Below, piece after piece: positions 8,351 through 19,184 of a stretch of DNA of 64,000 nt. The number at the start of each line of letters is the position of its first letter. The first letter of the stretch is position 1. The stretch spans positions 304,479-368,478 of the forward strand of contig JBNGBT010000002.1 of NCBI GenBank assembly GCA_049903315.1, in the 5' to 3' direction. The translations under genes were made by a program, and so were the position numbers. The notes beneath the pieces are model-generated. The model was not told the DNA's origin. It worked only from the letters and a program-made list of their open reading frames with translations, and searched no databases. Origin of the DNA: Candidatus Cloacimonadota bacterium (GTDB lineage Bacteria > Cloacimonadota > Cloacimonadia > JGIOTU-2).

Positions 8351-10336
8351 ATGATAGAAAAAAAAGCAATTGACTCTCTTTCGAGTAAAGGAAGAACCTT
8401 CCCACCACCAGAAGAAATTAAGAAAAACGCTTATATAACTTCTGACGAACAGTATAAAGAAATGTGGGAAAGATCCATTAACGATCCCGACGGTTTTTGG
8501 TTGGAACAAGCTGAAACTTTGGACTGGTTCAAGAAACCTACAAAAGGTTTGAAGTATAACTGGGATACCAAAGCTCGTATAATCGAACACACCTGGTTTG
8601 AAGACGGTGAAATTAATGTAAGTTACAACTGTCTGGATAGGCATCTAGGCACTCCTACAGCAAAAAAGACAGCTCTTCTTTGGCAGGGTGAAATCGAAGA
8701 TGATGTGAAAAAATATTCCTATGAAGAACTTTATACTGAAGTATGCAAATTTGCCAATGTGCTTAAATCCAAAGGCATCACAAAGGGAGATAGAGTAGCT
8801 ATTTATATGCCCATGGTTCCTGAACTTGCGATCACAATGCTGGCTTGTACCAGGATTGGTGCGATCCATTCCATAATTTTTGGTGGATTCAGTGCAGATG
8901 CAATTCGCGGCAGAGTAAATGATTCAGATTGTAAAATGCTTATAACGTCGAACATCTCACGACGTGCAGGCAAACAAATCCATCTGAAAGATATTTCCGA
9001 TCAAGCCCTGAAAGATACTCCTTCGATCGAAAGCGTTATCGTTATAAAAGTTAACGATGAGCCATGCCACATGGAAGAAGGACGGGATTTCTGGTATCAT
9101 GACGAGATGAAGAAAGCAGCTCCTGTGTGCGAACCGGTTCATATGAACGCCGAAGATCCATTATTCATTCTTTACACATCAGGTTCTACAGGCAAACCCA
9201 AAGGTGTTGTTCACACAACTGCGGGTTACCTCATGCATACAACTCTCACACATAAGCTTGTTTTCAACATTCATGAAGACGACATATACTGGTGTACTGC
9301 TGATATCGGCTGGGTAACCGGTCACAGCTATATTGTGTATGGACCCCTTGCAAATGGTTCTACATCAATTATGTTCGAAGGTGTACCCACCTATCCGGAT
9401 GCAGGACGTTTCTGGGAGATAGTGGACAAGTTCAAGGTAACTGTTTTCTACACAGCTCCAACAGCAATCCGCGCTCTTATGAGATTGGGCGATCAATGGC
9501 CGGCAAAATATAAATTGGATTCATTGAGAATTCTTGGTACAGTTGGCGAACCGATAAATCCCGAAGCCTGGATGTGGTATTACGAAAATATCGGACACGG
9601 TCGTTGCCCGATCGTCGATACATGGTGGCAGACTGAGACAGGTGGATTTATGATCACACCTCTTCCCGGTGCTCATACTTTAAAACCAGGCAGCGCTCAG
9701 CGACCTTTCTTTGGTGTAGAGACTGTTGTTCTCAGAGATGATGCCTCAGAATGCGGTGTAAATGAAGGTGGAAAGCTCTGCATCAAAAAACCATGGCCCG
9801 GTATGATGAGAACAATGTGGGGCGATCATGAAAGATTTATCGATACCTATTTTACAATGTTCGATGATGTTTATTTTGCAGGTGATGGCTGCCGAATCGA
9901 TGAAGATGGTGACTACTGGTTGCTGGGTAGAATTGATGACGTGGTGAATGTTTCCGGTCATCGTATCGGAACAGCTGAAGTTGAAAGCGCTCTCGTAAGC
10001 CATCCTGCAGTTGCAGAAGCTGCGGTGACGCCAATTCCTCACGAGATTAAAGGACAGGGACTCTATGCGTATGTGACTCTAGTCGGTGGTATTGAACCTA
10101 CAGATGAATTGAAGAAAGAGCTTATCAAACATGTTCGTTCTGAAATCGGTCCTATCGCTACTCCAGAGGCAATTCAATGGGCTCCAGCACTTCCAAAAAC
10201 TCGTTCAGGAAAGATCATGCGTCGTATTTTACGTAAGATTGCCGAAAAAGATACGGGCAATCTTGGTGACGTGACGACACTTGCTGATCCGAGTGTGGTT
10301 GAACACCTCATTGCAGAACGCAATTTGAACGACTAA
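8351..10336 (+). CDS. acs: Acetate--CoA ligase (AMP-forming)
   Basis: YTSGSTGKPKG, WCTADIGWVTGHSY, DTWWQTETGG, LPKTRSGKIMRR. Confidence 0.97.
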   Translation: MIEKKAIDSLSSKGRTFPPPEEIKKNAYITSDEQYKEMWERSINDPDGFWLEQAETLDWFKKPTKGLKYNWDTKARIIEHTWFEDGEINVSYNCLDRHLGTPTAKKTALLWQGEIEDDVKKYSYEELYTEVCKFANVLKSKGITKGDRVAIYMPMVPELAITMLACTRIGAIHSIIFGGFSADAIRGRVNDSDCKMLITSNISRRAGKQIHLKDISDQALKDTPSIESVIVIKVNDEPCHMEEGRDFWYHDEMKKAAPVCEPVHMNAEDPLFILYTSGSTGKPKGVVHTTAGYLMHTTLTHKLVFNIHEDDIYWCTADIGWVTGHSYIVYGPLANGSTSIMFEGVPTYPDAGRFWEIVDKFKVTVFYTAPTAIRALMRLGDQWPAKYKLDSLRILGTVGEPINPEAWMWYYENIGHGRCPIVDTWWQTETGGFMITPLPGAHTLKPGSAQRPFFGVETVVLRDDASECGVNEGGKLCIKKPWPGMMRTMWGDHERFIDTYFTMFDDVYFAGDGCRIDEDGDYWLLGRIDDVVNVSGHRIGTAEVESALVSHPAVAEAAVTPIPHEIKGQGLYAYVTLVGGIEPTDELKKELIKHVRSEIGPIATPEAIQWAPALPKTRSGKIMRRILRKIAEKDTGNLGDVTTLADPSVVEHLIAERNLND

Positions 10337-10353
10337 TTATATAAAAAATAAAC

Positions 10354-10387
10354 AAGCCGGATTTGCTGCCATGCCTTTCCGGCTTTT
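10354..10387 (+). terminator. Possible intrinsic terminator / stem-loop after acs
   Basis: AAGCCGGA...TCCGGCTTTT with a long loop. Confidence 0.5.
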
Positions 10388-10413
10388 CTTAATCAAATGA
10401 ATGAGGAGAAAAA

Positions 10414-11667
10414 ATGGCTGAAAAGAAAATTATGAATAGATGGTCTGCTGTGATTGGAGCAGTTATCATTCAGCTTTGTCTTGGCGCAATTTATGCGTGG
10501 TCAGTTTTCACAAAACCCCTTTTTGATGCTGGATGGTCACGAACTCAAACACAAGCTGTTTTTGCAGCAGGATTAGCGCTTTTTGCAATTGTAATGGTCA
10601 TTGCGGGACGGTTAATGCCAAAATTCGGACCACGAAAACTTGCAATTGCAGGAGGTGTCGTTCTTGGACTCGGTTACTTCTTGGCAGGTCTTTTCGGAGG
10701 AACTAACTTCTGGCTTGTATTCCTATTTGTCGGTATCATCGGTGGTTCAGGTATTGGACTTGCATATGTTGTTCCTATCGCAGTTGGGATGAGATGGTTT
10801 CCTGATAAAAAAGGTCTCATCACCGGTCTGGCAGTCGCGGGTTTTGGTTTTGGAGCATTACTCTGGGTCAAACTTGCAGGAACCTGGGGCAATCTTATCG
10901 GCAGTTATGGATTGAGCAAGACATTTATTATTTACGGTATCATATTTTTCATTGCTGTGCTTATTGGAAGTATCTGGATGGTTTTCCCGCCAAAAGATTG
11001 GAAGCCAAAAGGATGGGTGCCTACAGAAGCAGAGAAAAAAGTGGATGATACAAAATTCCAGATCAAGAGCGGACAGATGCTTAAAACACCTCAGTTCTAC
11101 ATGATCTGGCTCACCTTCGTTTTCGGTGCAGGGGCAGGATTGATGGTTATTGGTAATATCAAACTGTTTGGTATTGAAGAACTGACAAAAGCCGGTATAT
11201 CAGATATTACTGCGAGTGCTATAGCAGGAACGGCTATGGCAGTGTTTTATGCACTTGCTAATGGACTCGGTAGAATCGCTTGGGGTGCGATCAGTGATAA
11301 AATTGGAAGAAAAAAATCCATCGTTATAATGATGATATCTCAGGGTATCTTCGTAATTATTTTCCAGTGGATTGCCGGTATTCCTGCACTTCTTTACATT
11401 GGTGCAGCGCTTATTGGATTTAACTTCGGTGGTAATTTTTCACTTTTCCCAACAATTACTGCGGACACATTCGGTACAAAATATATTGGACAAAATTATG
11501 GATGGGTTTTCCTTGCGTATGGCGTAGGCGGTATTTTCGGTCCCATTATGGCTGGAAGACTTGGAGATATGGGCAACTTCGCACTTGCATTCATTATATG
11601 CGGTGTATTGTGCATTGTCGCAGCAGGGATTATCTCACGTGTAAAACCACCTAAGCAGACAGCATAA
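10414..11667 (+). CDS. MFS transporter, oxalate:formate antiporter (OFA) family
   Basis: 12 TM; GAIYAWSVF, RWFPDKKGLITGLAVAGFG, GRIAWGAISDKIGR. Confidence 0.92.
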   Translation: MAEKKIMNRWSAVIGAVIIQLCLGAIYAWSVFTKPLFDAGWSRTQTQAVFAAGLALFAIVMVIAGRLMPKFGPRKLAIAGGVVLGLGYFLAGLFGGTNFWLVFLFVGIIGGSGIGLAYVVPIAVGMRWFPDKKGLITGLAVAGFGFGALLWVKLAGTWGNLIGSYGLSKTFIIYGIIFFIAVLIGSIWMVFPPKDWKPKGWVPTEAEKKVDDTKFQIKSGQMLKTPQFYMIWLTFVFGAGAGLMVIGNIKLFGIEELTKAGISDITASAIAGTAMAVFYALANGLGRIAWGAISDKIGRKKSIVIMMISQGIFVIIFQWIAGIPALLYIGAALIGFNFGGNFSLFPTITADTFGTKYIGQNYGWVFLAYGVGGIFGPIMAGRLGDMGNFALAFIICGVLCIVAAGIISRVKPPKQTA

Positions 11668-11687
11668 TAAAAATTATATAAATGTTT

Positions 11688-11724
11688 AAAGGTGAAATGG
11701 TCATATGATCGTTTCACCTTTTTT
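11688..11724 (+). terminator. Intrinsic terminator
   Basis: AAAGGTGAAATGGTCAT/ATGATCGTTTCACCTTTTTT. Confidence 0.75.
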
Positions 11725-12010
11725 ATTTCAAGCAAACATCATACAACAGTGATGATTTATAACATTTCGGAAAAGAATACAACTTTTTTGTATAAATCCC
11801 ACAATTACTTGACATTTAAACAGTCTTATCTCTTAGAAAGTACAAATAAACGAATTTTTCGGAGGCAATGTGGACTTTAAGAAATCAAAATATTTAGTTG
11901 ATTCAGTTAAAGTCAAGCCAAAAAATGACTTATCTCTTATAGTGAATATAAGACTAAAATCTTTTGCTCACAAAGAACTATTTCAAAATTCATATTAAAT
12001 TGGAGGCAGC

Positions 12011-13651
12011 ATGTTAAAAGAAGAAAAACAAACGTATAACGATGTTTATAAAAAATGGAAGTGGAATGTACCGGAATATTATAATTTTGCTTTTGATGTC
12101 GTAGATAAATGGGCGGAAGCTGATAAAACGAAATTGGCTCTCGTTTCAATTTTGAAGGACGGCGAATCAGCTCAATTCGATAGCTTTTATGAATTGATGG
12201 TGCAGTCAAATAAGGTAGCAAATCTCCTGTTGGAACTTGGATTTAAGAAGGGAGATAAAGTTTTATTTATTTCTGATTCTGTACCTGAATGGTATTACTG
12301 CATGCTCGGTATGTTCAAACTTGGTATTGTCCCAATGCCCGGGACAGCTCTTCTTACCACAAAGGATATTGAATACAGATTGAATCGTTCTGAAGCGGTC
12401 GGTGTTATTACAAATTCTAATCATACTGAATCAGTTGATGAAGCAGTAAAAAAATGCACTTTTGTAAAACATAAAATCCTTATGGATGGCTCTAAGCCAG
12501 GTTGGGTAGATCTCGTTGCAAAAATGAGAGAAATGCCAATCTCACTCGATAAAGATAAAATTATCAAAACAAAGAGTTCAGATCCATTGATGATTTATTT
12601 TACTTCAGGTACGACCGGGCACCCCAAAATGGTCCTCCATTCACATGCATATCCTCTGGGACATGAAGTAACTGCTAGATTTTGCCAGGATTTAAAACCA
12701 ACTGATTTACATTGGACTGTCTCTGATCCAGGTTGGGCTAAATGTGCATGGGGAAAATTCTTTGGCCAAATGATAGTTGGCGCTGCTATTATTCAGTGGG
12801 ACAATCCTGGAAGATTTGACTCTGATGGACTGCTAGGTTTGATGGAAAGATACGGCGTGACAACTTTTTGTGCACCACCAACTGTTTATAGAATGCTGAT
12901 ACAGACCGATCTAAGTAAATTCAAATTAAAGCTTAGGCATTGCCTTGCAGCTGGAGAACCGTTGAATCCAGAAGTTATTAGAGTTTGGAAGGATAATTTT
13001 AAACTTGATATATATGACTTTTTCGGCCAAACTGAAACCGTTGCCCTTCTTTCAAACTTCACATTTCTCCCTTTGAAGTTTGGTTCGGTCGGCTTGCCTA
13101 CTCCCGGTCATGATGTAAGAGTTATCAATGATGATCTACAGGAAAGCCCTCCAAATGAAGAAGGTCAAATTGCTTTGTATTTGGACAAGAACAAGCCCAA
13201 ACCTCCAGGACTGATGAAAGAATATTGGAAAGATCCTGATATCATGGCATCAGCGTTCCAGGGTGATTATTATCTTACTGGCGACAAAGCCTATCGTGAC
13301 GAAGATGGATATTTTTGGTTTGTCGGCAGAGACGACGATGTAATTAAATCCTCCGGATATAGAATCGGTCCCTTTGAAGTTGAATCGGTTCTGATAGAAC
13401 ATCCAGCTGTTGCAGAATCAGCAGTAGTTGGTGTAGATGATCCGGATGGTATTCGTGGAATACTTGTTAAGGCATTTATCGTTCTTACTAAAGGATATAA
13501 ACCATCTGATGAATTAACAAAGGAGATTCAGGATTTTGTCAAATCAAGGACTGCTCCATATAAATATCCTCGAATTATTGAATATAGTGATAGTTTGCCA
13601 AAGACAATTTCTGGAAAACTTCTGAGAAGAGAATTGAGGAAACAAGGTTAA
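12011..13651 (+). CDS. Short/medium-chain acyl-CoA synthetase
   Basis: YFTSGTTGHPK, FGQTET, GRDDDVIKSSGYRIGPFEVE, LPKTISGK. Confidence 0.93.
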   Translation: MLKEEKQTYNDVYKKWKWNVPEYYNFAFDVVDKWAEADKTKLALVSILKDGESAQFDSFYELMVQSNKVANLLLELGFKKGDKVLFISDSVPEWYYCMLGMFKLGIVPMPGTALLTTKDIEYRLNRSEAVGVITNSNHTESVDEAVKKCTFVKHKILMDGSKPGWVDLVAKMREMPISLDKDKIIKTKSSDPLMIYFTSGTTGHPKMVLHSHAYPLGHEVTARFCQDLKPTDLHWTVSDPGWAKCAWGKFFGQMIVGAAIIQWDNPGRFDSDGLLGLMERYGVTTFCAPPTVYRMLIQTDLSKFKLKLRHCLAAGEPLNPEVIRVWKDNFKLDIYDFFGQTETVALLSNFTFLPLKFGSVGLPTPGHDVRVINDDLQESPPNEEGQIALYLDKNKPKPPGLMKEYWKDPDIMASAFQGDYYLTGDKAYRDEDGYFWFVGRDDDVIKSSGYRIGPFEVESVLIEHPAVAESAVVGVDDPDGIRGILVKAFIVLTKGYKPSDELTKEIQDFVKSRTAPYKYPRIIEYSDSLPKTISGKLLRRELRKQG

Positions 13652-13824
13652 GTATTTGTTAGCAAGAGCCGGATGCAATATTCTGTGTGATTATGGATGG
13701 AATCCTTAAGGATTCAATATGCCCTTCACATAATATTGAACATAAGGTAAGTAACTGATAAAACTCAAAAAATTATAATGTGTGATAATATTAACGAAAA
13801 AAATTTATATGCAAGGGAAGCGAT

Positions 13825-15468
13825 ATGAAAAAAATGCCACTTAACGAAACATTGGGGCATCTCATTGAACGGATTTCTAAGGAATTTCCAGATAATGAAG
13901 CCCTCGTTTATCCAGATCAAAATATTCGACTTACTTATAAGCAATTCAATGATGAAGTCGATAGAATTGCTAAATCACTTTTGGCTTTGAAAATCACGAA
14001 AGGTGATCACGTGTCAATTTGGTCAACGAATATTCCCGAATGGCCCATTCTCATGTTCGCACTCGCTAAGATTGGAGCTGTTCTTGTTACTGTTAATACA
14101 AATTATAAATCACATGAACTTGAATATTTATTAAAACAATCAGATTCTAAAGCAATTTTTTTAATAGAGAAATTCAAAACTAGTGAATATTATAATTGGT
14201 TAAACAAGGTATTAGATGATGCAACATGGCTCGGTAAAGGAAAACTTGAATCAAGAAAAATTCCCATGCTTAAAAACGTTATTTTATTTGATGATATAGC
14301 GAGTGAGAATGCCTTGAGTTATAAAGATTTCAGAGAAATGGGAAAAGACATTTCGGATGCTGAATTAGAAGAAATCAAAAAAACGCTTGATGAGGATGAT
14401 GTTGTCAATATGCAATATACTTCCGGCACTACCGGATTCCCGAAGGGTGTGATGCTGACACATCATAATATCGCAAATAATGGTTATCTTATCGGCAAAC
14501 AGATGAAACTCACTGAAAAAGATCGTATGTGCATTCCTGTTCCTTTTTTCCATTGTTTCGGTTGCGTCCTGGGAATACTTGCAGCTGTGACGCATGGCAC
14601 TACCATGCTGCCGCTCGTTACATTTGATGCAGAAGAAGTTCTTAAACTTGTCAGTAATGAGAAATGTACTGTATTACACGGTGTGCCCACGATGTTCATT
14701 GCTGAACTTGGTGTCGAAGACAGGCATAAGTATGACACAACATCACTTCGTACCGGTATTATGGCCGGGTCACCATGTCCTGTCGAGGTTATGAACAAGG
14801 TTATTAACGAAATGCATTGCTCCCAGATTACTATTGCCTATGGTTTAACTGAGAATTCTCCCGTTATTACAATGACATCTGTTGATGATGATGTTGAACA
14901 TCGCACAACAACTGTGGGAAGAGTGTTACCCCCAATGAAAATGAGAATAGTAAATCTGGAAACTGAATTGGATTGCAAGCCTGGTGAACAGGGTGAGGTC
15001 ATCATGTCTGGCGAATGCGTGATGACTGGTTATTATAAGATGGAAAAGGAGAATGAAGTAGCAATAAGAAACGGCTGGTTGCATTCAGGTGATCTTGGTG
15101 TTGTCGATGAAGATGGATATCTTAAAATAACAGGTCGTATCAAGGATATGATTATACGTGGCGGTGAGAATGTTTATCCTCGTGAGATCGAAGAATTTCT
15201 CTATACACATCCGAAAATCATCGATGTCCAGGTTATCGGAGTTCCTGATCAAAAATATGGAGAACAGGTTTTAGCAGCCATCAAGCTAAAAGATGGTGAA
15301 ACCGCAACACCGGAAGAGATTAAAGATTTCTGCATGCAAAACATTGCACGTCATAAACAACCCTACTATGTTGTATTCGTGAATAACTATCCCATGACTG
15401 CATCAGGAAAAATCCAAAAATTCAAGCTTCGCGATGAAATGGTGAAACAACTAAATCTTGGAAATTAG
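13825..15468 (+). CDS. AMP-binding fatty-acyl-CoA ligase
   Basis: QYTSGTTGFPKG, PFFHCFG, YGLTENSP, GRIKDMIIRGGEN, SGKIQKF. Confidence 0.93.
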   Translation: MKKMPLNETLGHLIERISKEFPDNEALVYPDQNIRLTYKQFNDEVDRIAKSLLALKITKGDHVSIWSTNIPEWPILMFALAKIGAVLVTVNTNYKSHELEYLLKQSDSKAIFLIEKFKTSEYYNWLNKVLDDATWLGKGKLESRKIPMLKNVILFDDIASENALSYKDFREMGKDISDAELEEIKKTLDEDDVVNMQYTSGTTGFPKGVMLTHHNIANNGYLIGKQMKLTEKDRMCIPVPFFHCFGCVLGILAAVTHGTTMLPLVTFDAEEVLKLVSNEKCTVLHGVPTMFIAELGVEDRHKYDTTSLRTGIMAGSPCPVEVMNKVINEMHCSQITIAYGLTENSPVITMTSVDDDVEHRTTTVGRVLPPMKMRIVNLETELDCKPGEQGEVIMSGECVMTGYYKMEKENEVAIRNGWLHSGDLGVVDEDGYLKITGRIKDMIIRGGENVYPREIEEFLYTHPKIIDVQVIGVPDQKYGEQVLAAIKLKDGETATPEEIKDFCMQNIARHKQPYYVVFVNNYPMTASGKIQKFKLRDEMVKQLNLGN

Positions 15469-15554
15469 AATTTCTTAATAAAATACATAATGACATTCAT
15501 TTTCTTGACACGTTTATTTCTTCATTTTTTTCCACAAAAAATAATGGAGTAAAA

Positions 15555-16499
15555 ATGGCAATAAAAAAATTATCAAGATTGATCGAACTTGCGCAGAAAA
15601 TTCCAAAGAAAAAAGTAGTGGTAACGTATGCTCAGGATGAAACAACCATTTTGGCAACCAAGCGTGCGACAGATTTAAAATTTGCAGAATTCACCCTGAT
15701 CGGTGATAAAAAAGTGATAAGTAAAATCTGTGCTGATCACAATATCGATACCAGCATCTACACCATCATACATGAACCAGATGAAATGGAAGCCGGTCAC
15801 AAGGCGATGCAGCTTGTAAGTGAAGGTGATGGTGAAGTTATGATGAAGGGCTTGATCTCATCTGATAAGTTTTTAAAATGCATGCTGGATAGGGAATATG
15901 GACTGATGATCCCTGATGCCACACTTACTTCGGTTTCTATTGCAGAAATACCCGACTACCACAAGCTACTTATCTTCGCAGATGCTGCTTTTATACCCCG
16001 CCCAAATATCGATCAAAAAATTGCCATGACCAATTATGTGATTGAAACCGCCCGTAAAATCGGGGTGAAACGCCCCAAAGTTGCTATCATTTCCTTCTCG
16101 GAAAAACTCAATCCCAAAATTCCTACTGCCATCGATGCTGCTTTTATATCCAAGATGGCTGATCGGCAGCAGATTAAAAATGCTGATGTGGACGGACCGC
16201 TTTCCATCGACCTTTCTATCGATGCGAAAAGTTTGCATTACAAAGGTGTGTCCAGTTGTGTTAAGGGAAATGCTGATTGCCTGGTCTTTCCCTTCCTGGA
16301 AGCGGCAAATGTTTTCTATAAATCACTCACCTACTTCGCGCACGCCCAAATGGCTACAGCAATTGTGGGAACTAAAATTCCAACTACTCTTTCATCTCGC
16401 AGTGACTCGATGAACAATAAATTATATTCTCTTGCCTTTGCCTGCCTTAGAGCAGATGCGGAATTAATGGATAATATTGAAATAGAGACAATTCGATGA
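15555..16499 (+). CDS. Phosphate butyryl/acetyltransferase (PTA_PTB family)
   Basis: VMMKG, DGPLSIDLSI, GNADCLVFP, SRSDS. Confidence 0.88.
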   Translation: MAIKKLSRLIELAQKIPKKKVVVTYAQDETTILATKRATDLKFAEFTLIGDKKVISKICADHNIDTSIYTIIHEPDEMEAGHKAMQLVSEGDGEVMMKGLISSDKFLKCMLDREYGLMIPDATLTSVSIAEIPDYHKLLIFADAAFIPRPNIDQKIAMTNYVIETARKIGVKRPKVAIISFSEKLNPKIPTAIDAAFISKMADRQQIKNADVDGPLSIDLSIDAKSLHYKGVSSCVKGNADCLVFPFLEAANVFYKSLTYFAHAQMATAIVGTKIPTTLSSRSDSMNNKLYSLAFACLRADAELMDNIEIETIR

Positions 16500-16939
16500 G
16501 AATCGTACTGGCTTCCGATCATGCAGGTTATACTCTCAAAGAGAAGCTCTTAGAGTATCTTCAAAAAGAGAATTATACTGTCATTGACGGAGGTGCATCC
16601 TCAGCAGAATCAATAGATTATCCTGATATTGGCTTTCCTGCCGCAGAAATGGTTGCACAAGGAATAGTGGATTTTGGAATTGCGATCTGCGGCTCAGGCA
16701 TTGGTATGAGCATAGTTACGAATAAAGTTAAGGGTGTCCGGGCAGCGCTTTGCACCTCAGAAACCATCGCAAGACTCTCCCGCCAGCATAATGATGCAAA
16801 CATGCTTATACTTCCCGGAAGGTTCATGCCTTTTGAAGAAGCAAAGAAAATAGTTGACACGTGGATCACGACAAAATTTGATGGCGGTCGTCATCAAAGA
16901 CGTTTAAATAAAATAAAAAAATACGAGGAACGCCGATAA
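16496..16939 (+). CDS. rpiB: Ribose-5-phosphate isomerase B
   Basis: ASDHAG, DYPD, CGSGIGMSI, HNDAN, GGRHQRR. Confidence 0.96.
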   Translation: MRIVLASDHAGYTLKEKLLEYLQKENYTVIDGGASSAESIDYPDIGFPAAEMVAQGIVDFGIAICGSGIGMSIVTNKVKGVRAALCTSETIARLSRQHNDANMLILPGRFMPFEEAKKIVDTWITTKFDGGRHQRRLNKIKKYEERR

Positions 16940-17020
16940 GTTCTTAGTAATTCTCTTATTCATAATACATAATTTTAAACACGATAAACCATTTTCAAAA
17001 ATCATAATAACGGAGGAATA

Positions 17021-18328
17021 ATGTTAAATTATGATGAAATAAAAAAAGTTGATCCTGAAATTTATGCAGCAATAATGAATGAAGTCGAAAGGCAATATCA
17101 TAATCTTGAGCTGATCGCTTCGGAAAATATTGTGTCTGAAGCAGTAATGGAAGCTGCCGGCTCTGTCCTCACGAATAAATATGCAGAAGGATATCCCTAT
17201 AGATACAGCCGTAAAACCGGTGAGTTGTTATACAGATTATATGGCAGATATTATGGCGGATGCGAATTTGTCGATGACGTCGAGCGTCTAGCCATTGAAA
17301 GAGCCAAGGAACTTTTTGGAGCCGAGCATGCAAATGTGCAGCCGCATTCGGGATCTCAGGCAAATATGGCTGCTTATTTTACACTCATAAAACCGGGAGA
17401 TACAATTCTCAGTCTGGAACTCACACACGGCGGACATTTAACTCATGGGCATCCGTTGAGTTTCTCGGGTAATCTATTTAATATTGTGCCTTATGGTGTG
17501 AATAAAAAAACTGAGCAATTCGACTATGACGAGATCCGCGCAAAAGCACTCGAATGCAAACCCAAGATGATCCTCACAGGTGCAAGCGCTTATCCACGCA
17601 CGATAGATTTTAAAAAATTTAGAGAAATTGCTGATGAAGTTGGTGCACCGCTCGTTGTTGATATGGCACATATTGCCGGATTGATAGCAACAGGTCTTCA
17701 CCCAAGCCCTGTTCCTTATGCCGATATTGTTACAACAACCACTCACAAGACCCTTCGTGGTCCAAGGGGCGGTATGATCCTTTGTAAGGAGAAATATGCC
17801 CAGGAACTCGACAAATGGGTATTTCCCGGCATTCAGGGTGGTCCTCTGGAACATATTATCGCAGCAAAAGCTGTCGCGTTCAAAGAAGCACTCGCAGATG
17901 ACTTTGTAGTCTATCAAAAACAAATCCTTGCGAATGCCCAGGCACTAGCAAATGGTCTGATGAATAGGGGATTCAACCTGGTTTCTGATGGAACAGATAC
18001 TCATCTCATGTTGCTTGACCTTGGAGCTGAAGAAGAAGGTGGTCCCTCAGGAAAGAAGATGGAAGGATCTCTTGATCTGGCAGGCATTACGGCAAATAAA
18101 AATACCGTTCCTTTCGATACCCGACCACCATTTGTGGCATCTGGAATTCGCCTTGGTACGCCTGCGGTGACTACTCGCGGAATGAAAGAATCAGAGATGG
18201 ATATAGTTGCAGATTTTATCAGAAAAGTATATGATAACTATGAAAATGAAGAGCAATTAGTAAAAATAAAAGAAGATGTACAGGCACTCTGTGCACAATT
18301 CCCGATCTTTGAGGAATTGAGAAAATAA
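17021..18328 (+). CDS. glyA: Serine hydroxymethyltransferase
   Basis: [44 protein letters not shown]. Confidence 0.98.
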   Translation: MLNYDEIKKVDPEIYAAIMNEVERQYHNLELIASENIVSEAVMEAAGSVLTNKYAEGYPYRYSRKTGELLYRLYGRYYGGCEFVDDVERLAIERAKELFGAEHANVQPHSGSQANMAAYFTLIKPGDTILSLELTHGGHLTHGHPLSFSGNLFNIVPYGVNKKTEQFDYDEIRAKALECKPKMILTGASAYPRTIDFKKFREIADEVGAPLVVDMAHIAGLIATGLHPSPVPYADIVTTTTHKTLRGPRGGMILCKEKYAQELDKWVFPGIQGGPLEHIIAAKAVAFKEALADDFVVYQKQILANAQALANGLMNRGFNLVSDGTDTHLMLLDLGAEEEGGPSGKKMEGSLDLAGITANKNTVPFDTRPPFVASGIRLGTPAVTTRGMKESEMDIVADFIRKVYDNYENEEQLVKIKEDVQALCAQFPIFEELRK

Positions 18329-18339
18329 AGAAGGTTTCT

Positions 18340-19164
18340 ATGAATACGTTCAGACACGGTGATACTATTACAGAATTACTGGAAACTGATAAAGATGCGT
18401 TGAGAAAGATGTATCTCAATGAAATTACCCTCCAATACAGAAAGTGGAAAACTGCCAATCTCGAGATCACTTCAAACAGCCACGAGGATTTGAAAAAGAA
18501 GATAAATCTCTATTCCGAATATCGTGAGTTTCTATTCACAAAGAAATTCAGAGAAGAGAATACATTTCTCAAGCAAAGAAAGTTGTTCGAGACTGCTTTT
18601 TCAGAATTTCTTTACTATGTAATGAAAGATCTGAAAATAATTGAAGAGATGGAACTCCATTTCGGAAGAGCTGATGTCCCTTTGAATCTGAAATTCGAAT
18701 ATGAAAAACTTGAAAATATCAAAAAAGAGAATTTACTCATTCTCTCAAACCAGAAAATGCGTATGGTTGTAGGCAAAAATCTGCAGGTCAAATATCGAGT
18801 TCAGGGACGAAAGACTTATGCAGAATTCGATATGATGCTTCCTATTATTATTACAGAAACTGCCATGGTGCTTGATGACTGGTTTGTCCTTTCTAACCAG
18901 AATCAGGTAAGAAAAGTGAAATCTCTTTTTCCAAAATGTTTGAGTTTCATTATCTGTGAAGTGGTGAATCACGATTTTCATGTAGATGTATCGAGCTCTA
19001 ATATTGATGGTATTTATATTTTGCAGCAACAAACAACACGTATGAAAAGAAGGAAGATTTCCTGCGAAGTACTCGAGTCATTTCTTCATAAGATTCAGAC
19101 TCATCTATACCAGCAACGTGAAGACATCCTCAAGAAAATCAGAAAAGGCGTTTTGGCCGATTAA
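18340..19164 (+). CDS. Hypothetical protein resembling Bpu10I-family restriction endonucleases, catalytic motif degenerate
   Basis: Pattern HG..EI..Y..W..N / KL....SEFLYY..KDL / PII.E...LD / K..FP....I.E / ID.IYILQQQ; judged by eye. Confidence 0.5.
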   Translation: MNTFRHGDTITELLETDKDALRKMYLNEITLQYRKWKTANLEITSNSHEDLKKKINLYSEYREFLFTKKFREENTFLKQRKLFETAFSEFLYYVMKDLKIIEEMELHFGRADVPLNLKFEYEKLENIKKENLLILSNQKMRMVVGKNLQVKYRVQGRKTYAEFDMMLPIIITETAMVLDDWFVLSNQNQVRKVKSLFPKCLSFIICEVVNHDFHVDVSSSNIDGIYILQQQTTRMKRRKISCEVLESFLHKIQTHLYQQREDILKKIRKGVLAD

Positions 19165-19184
19165 CAGAAATAAATGGAGTCAAT

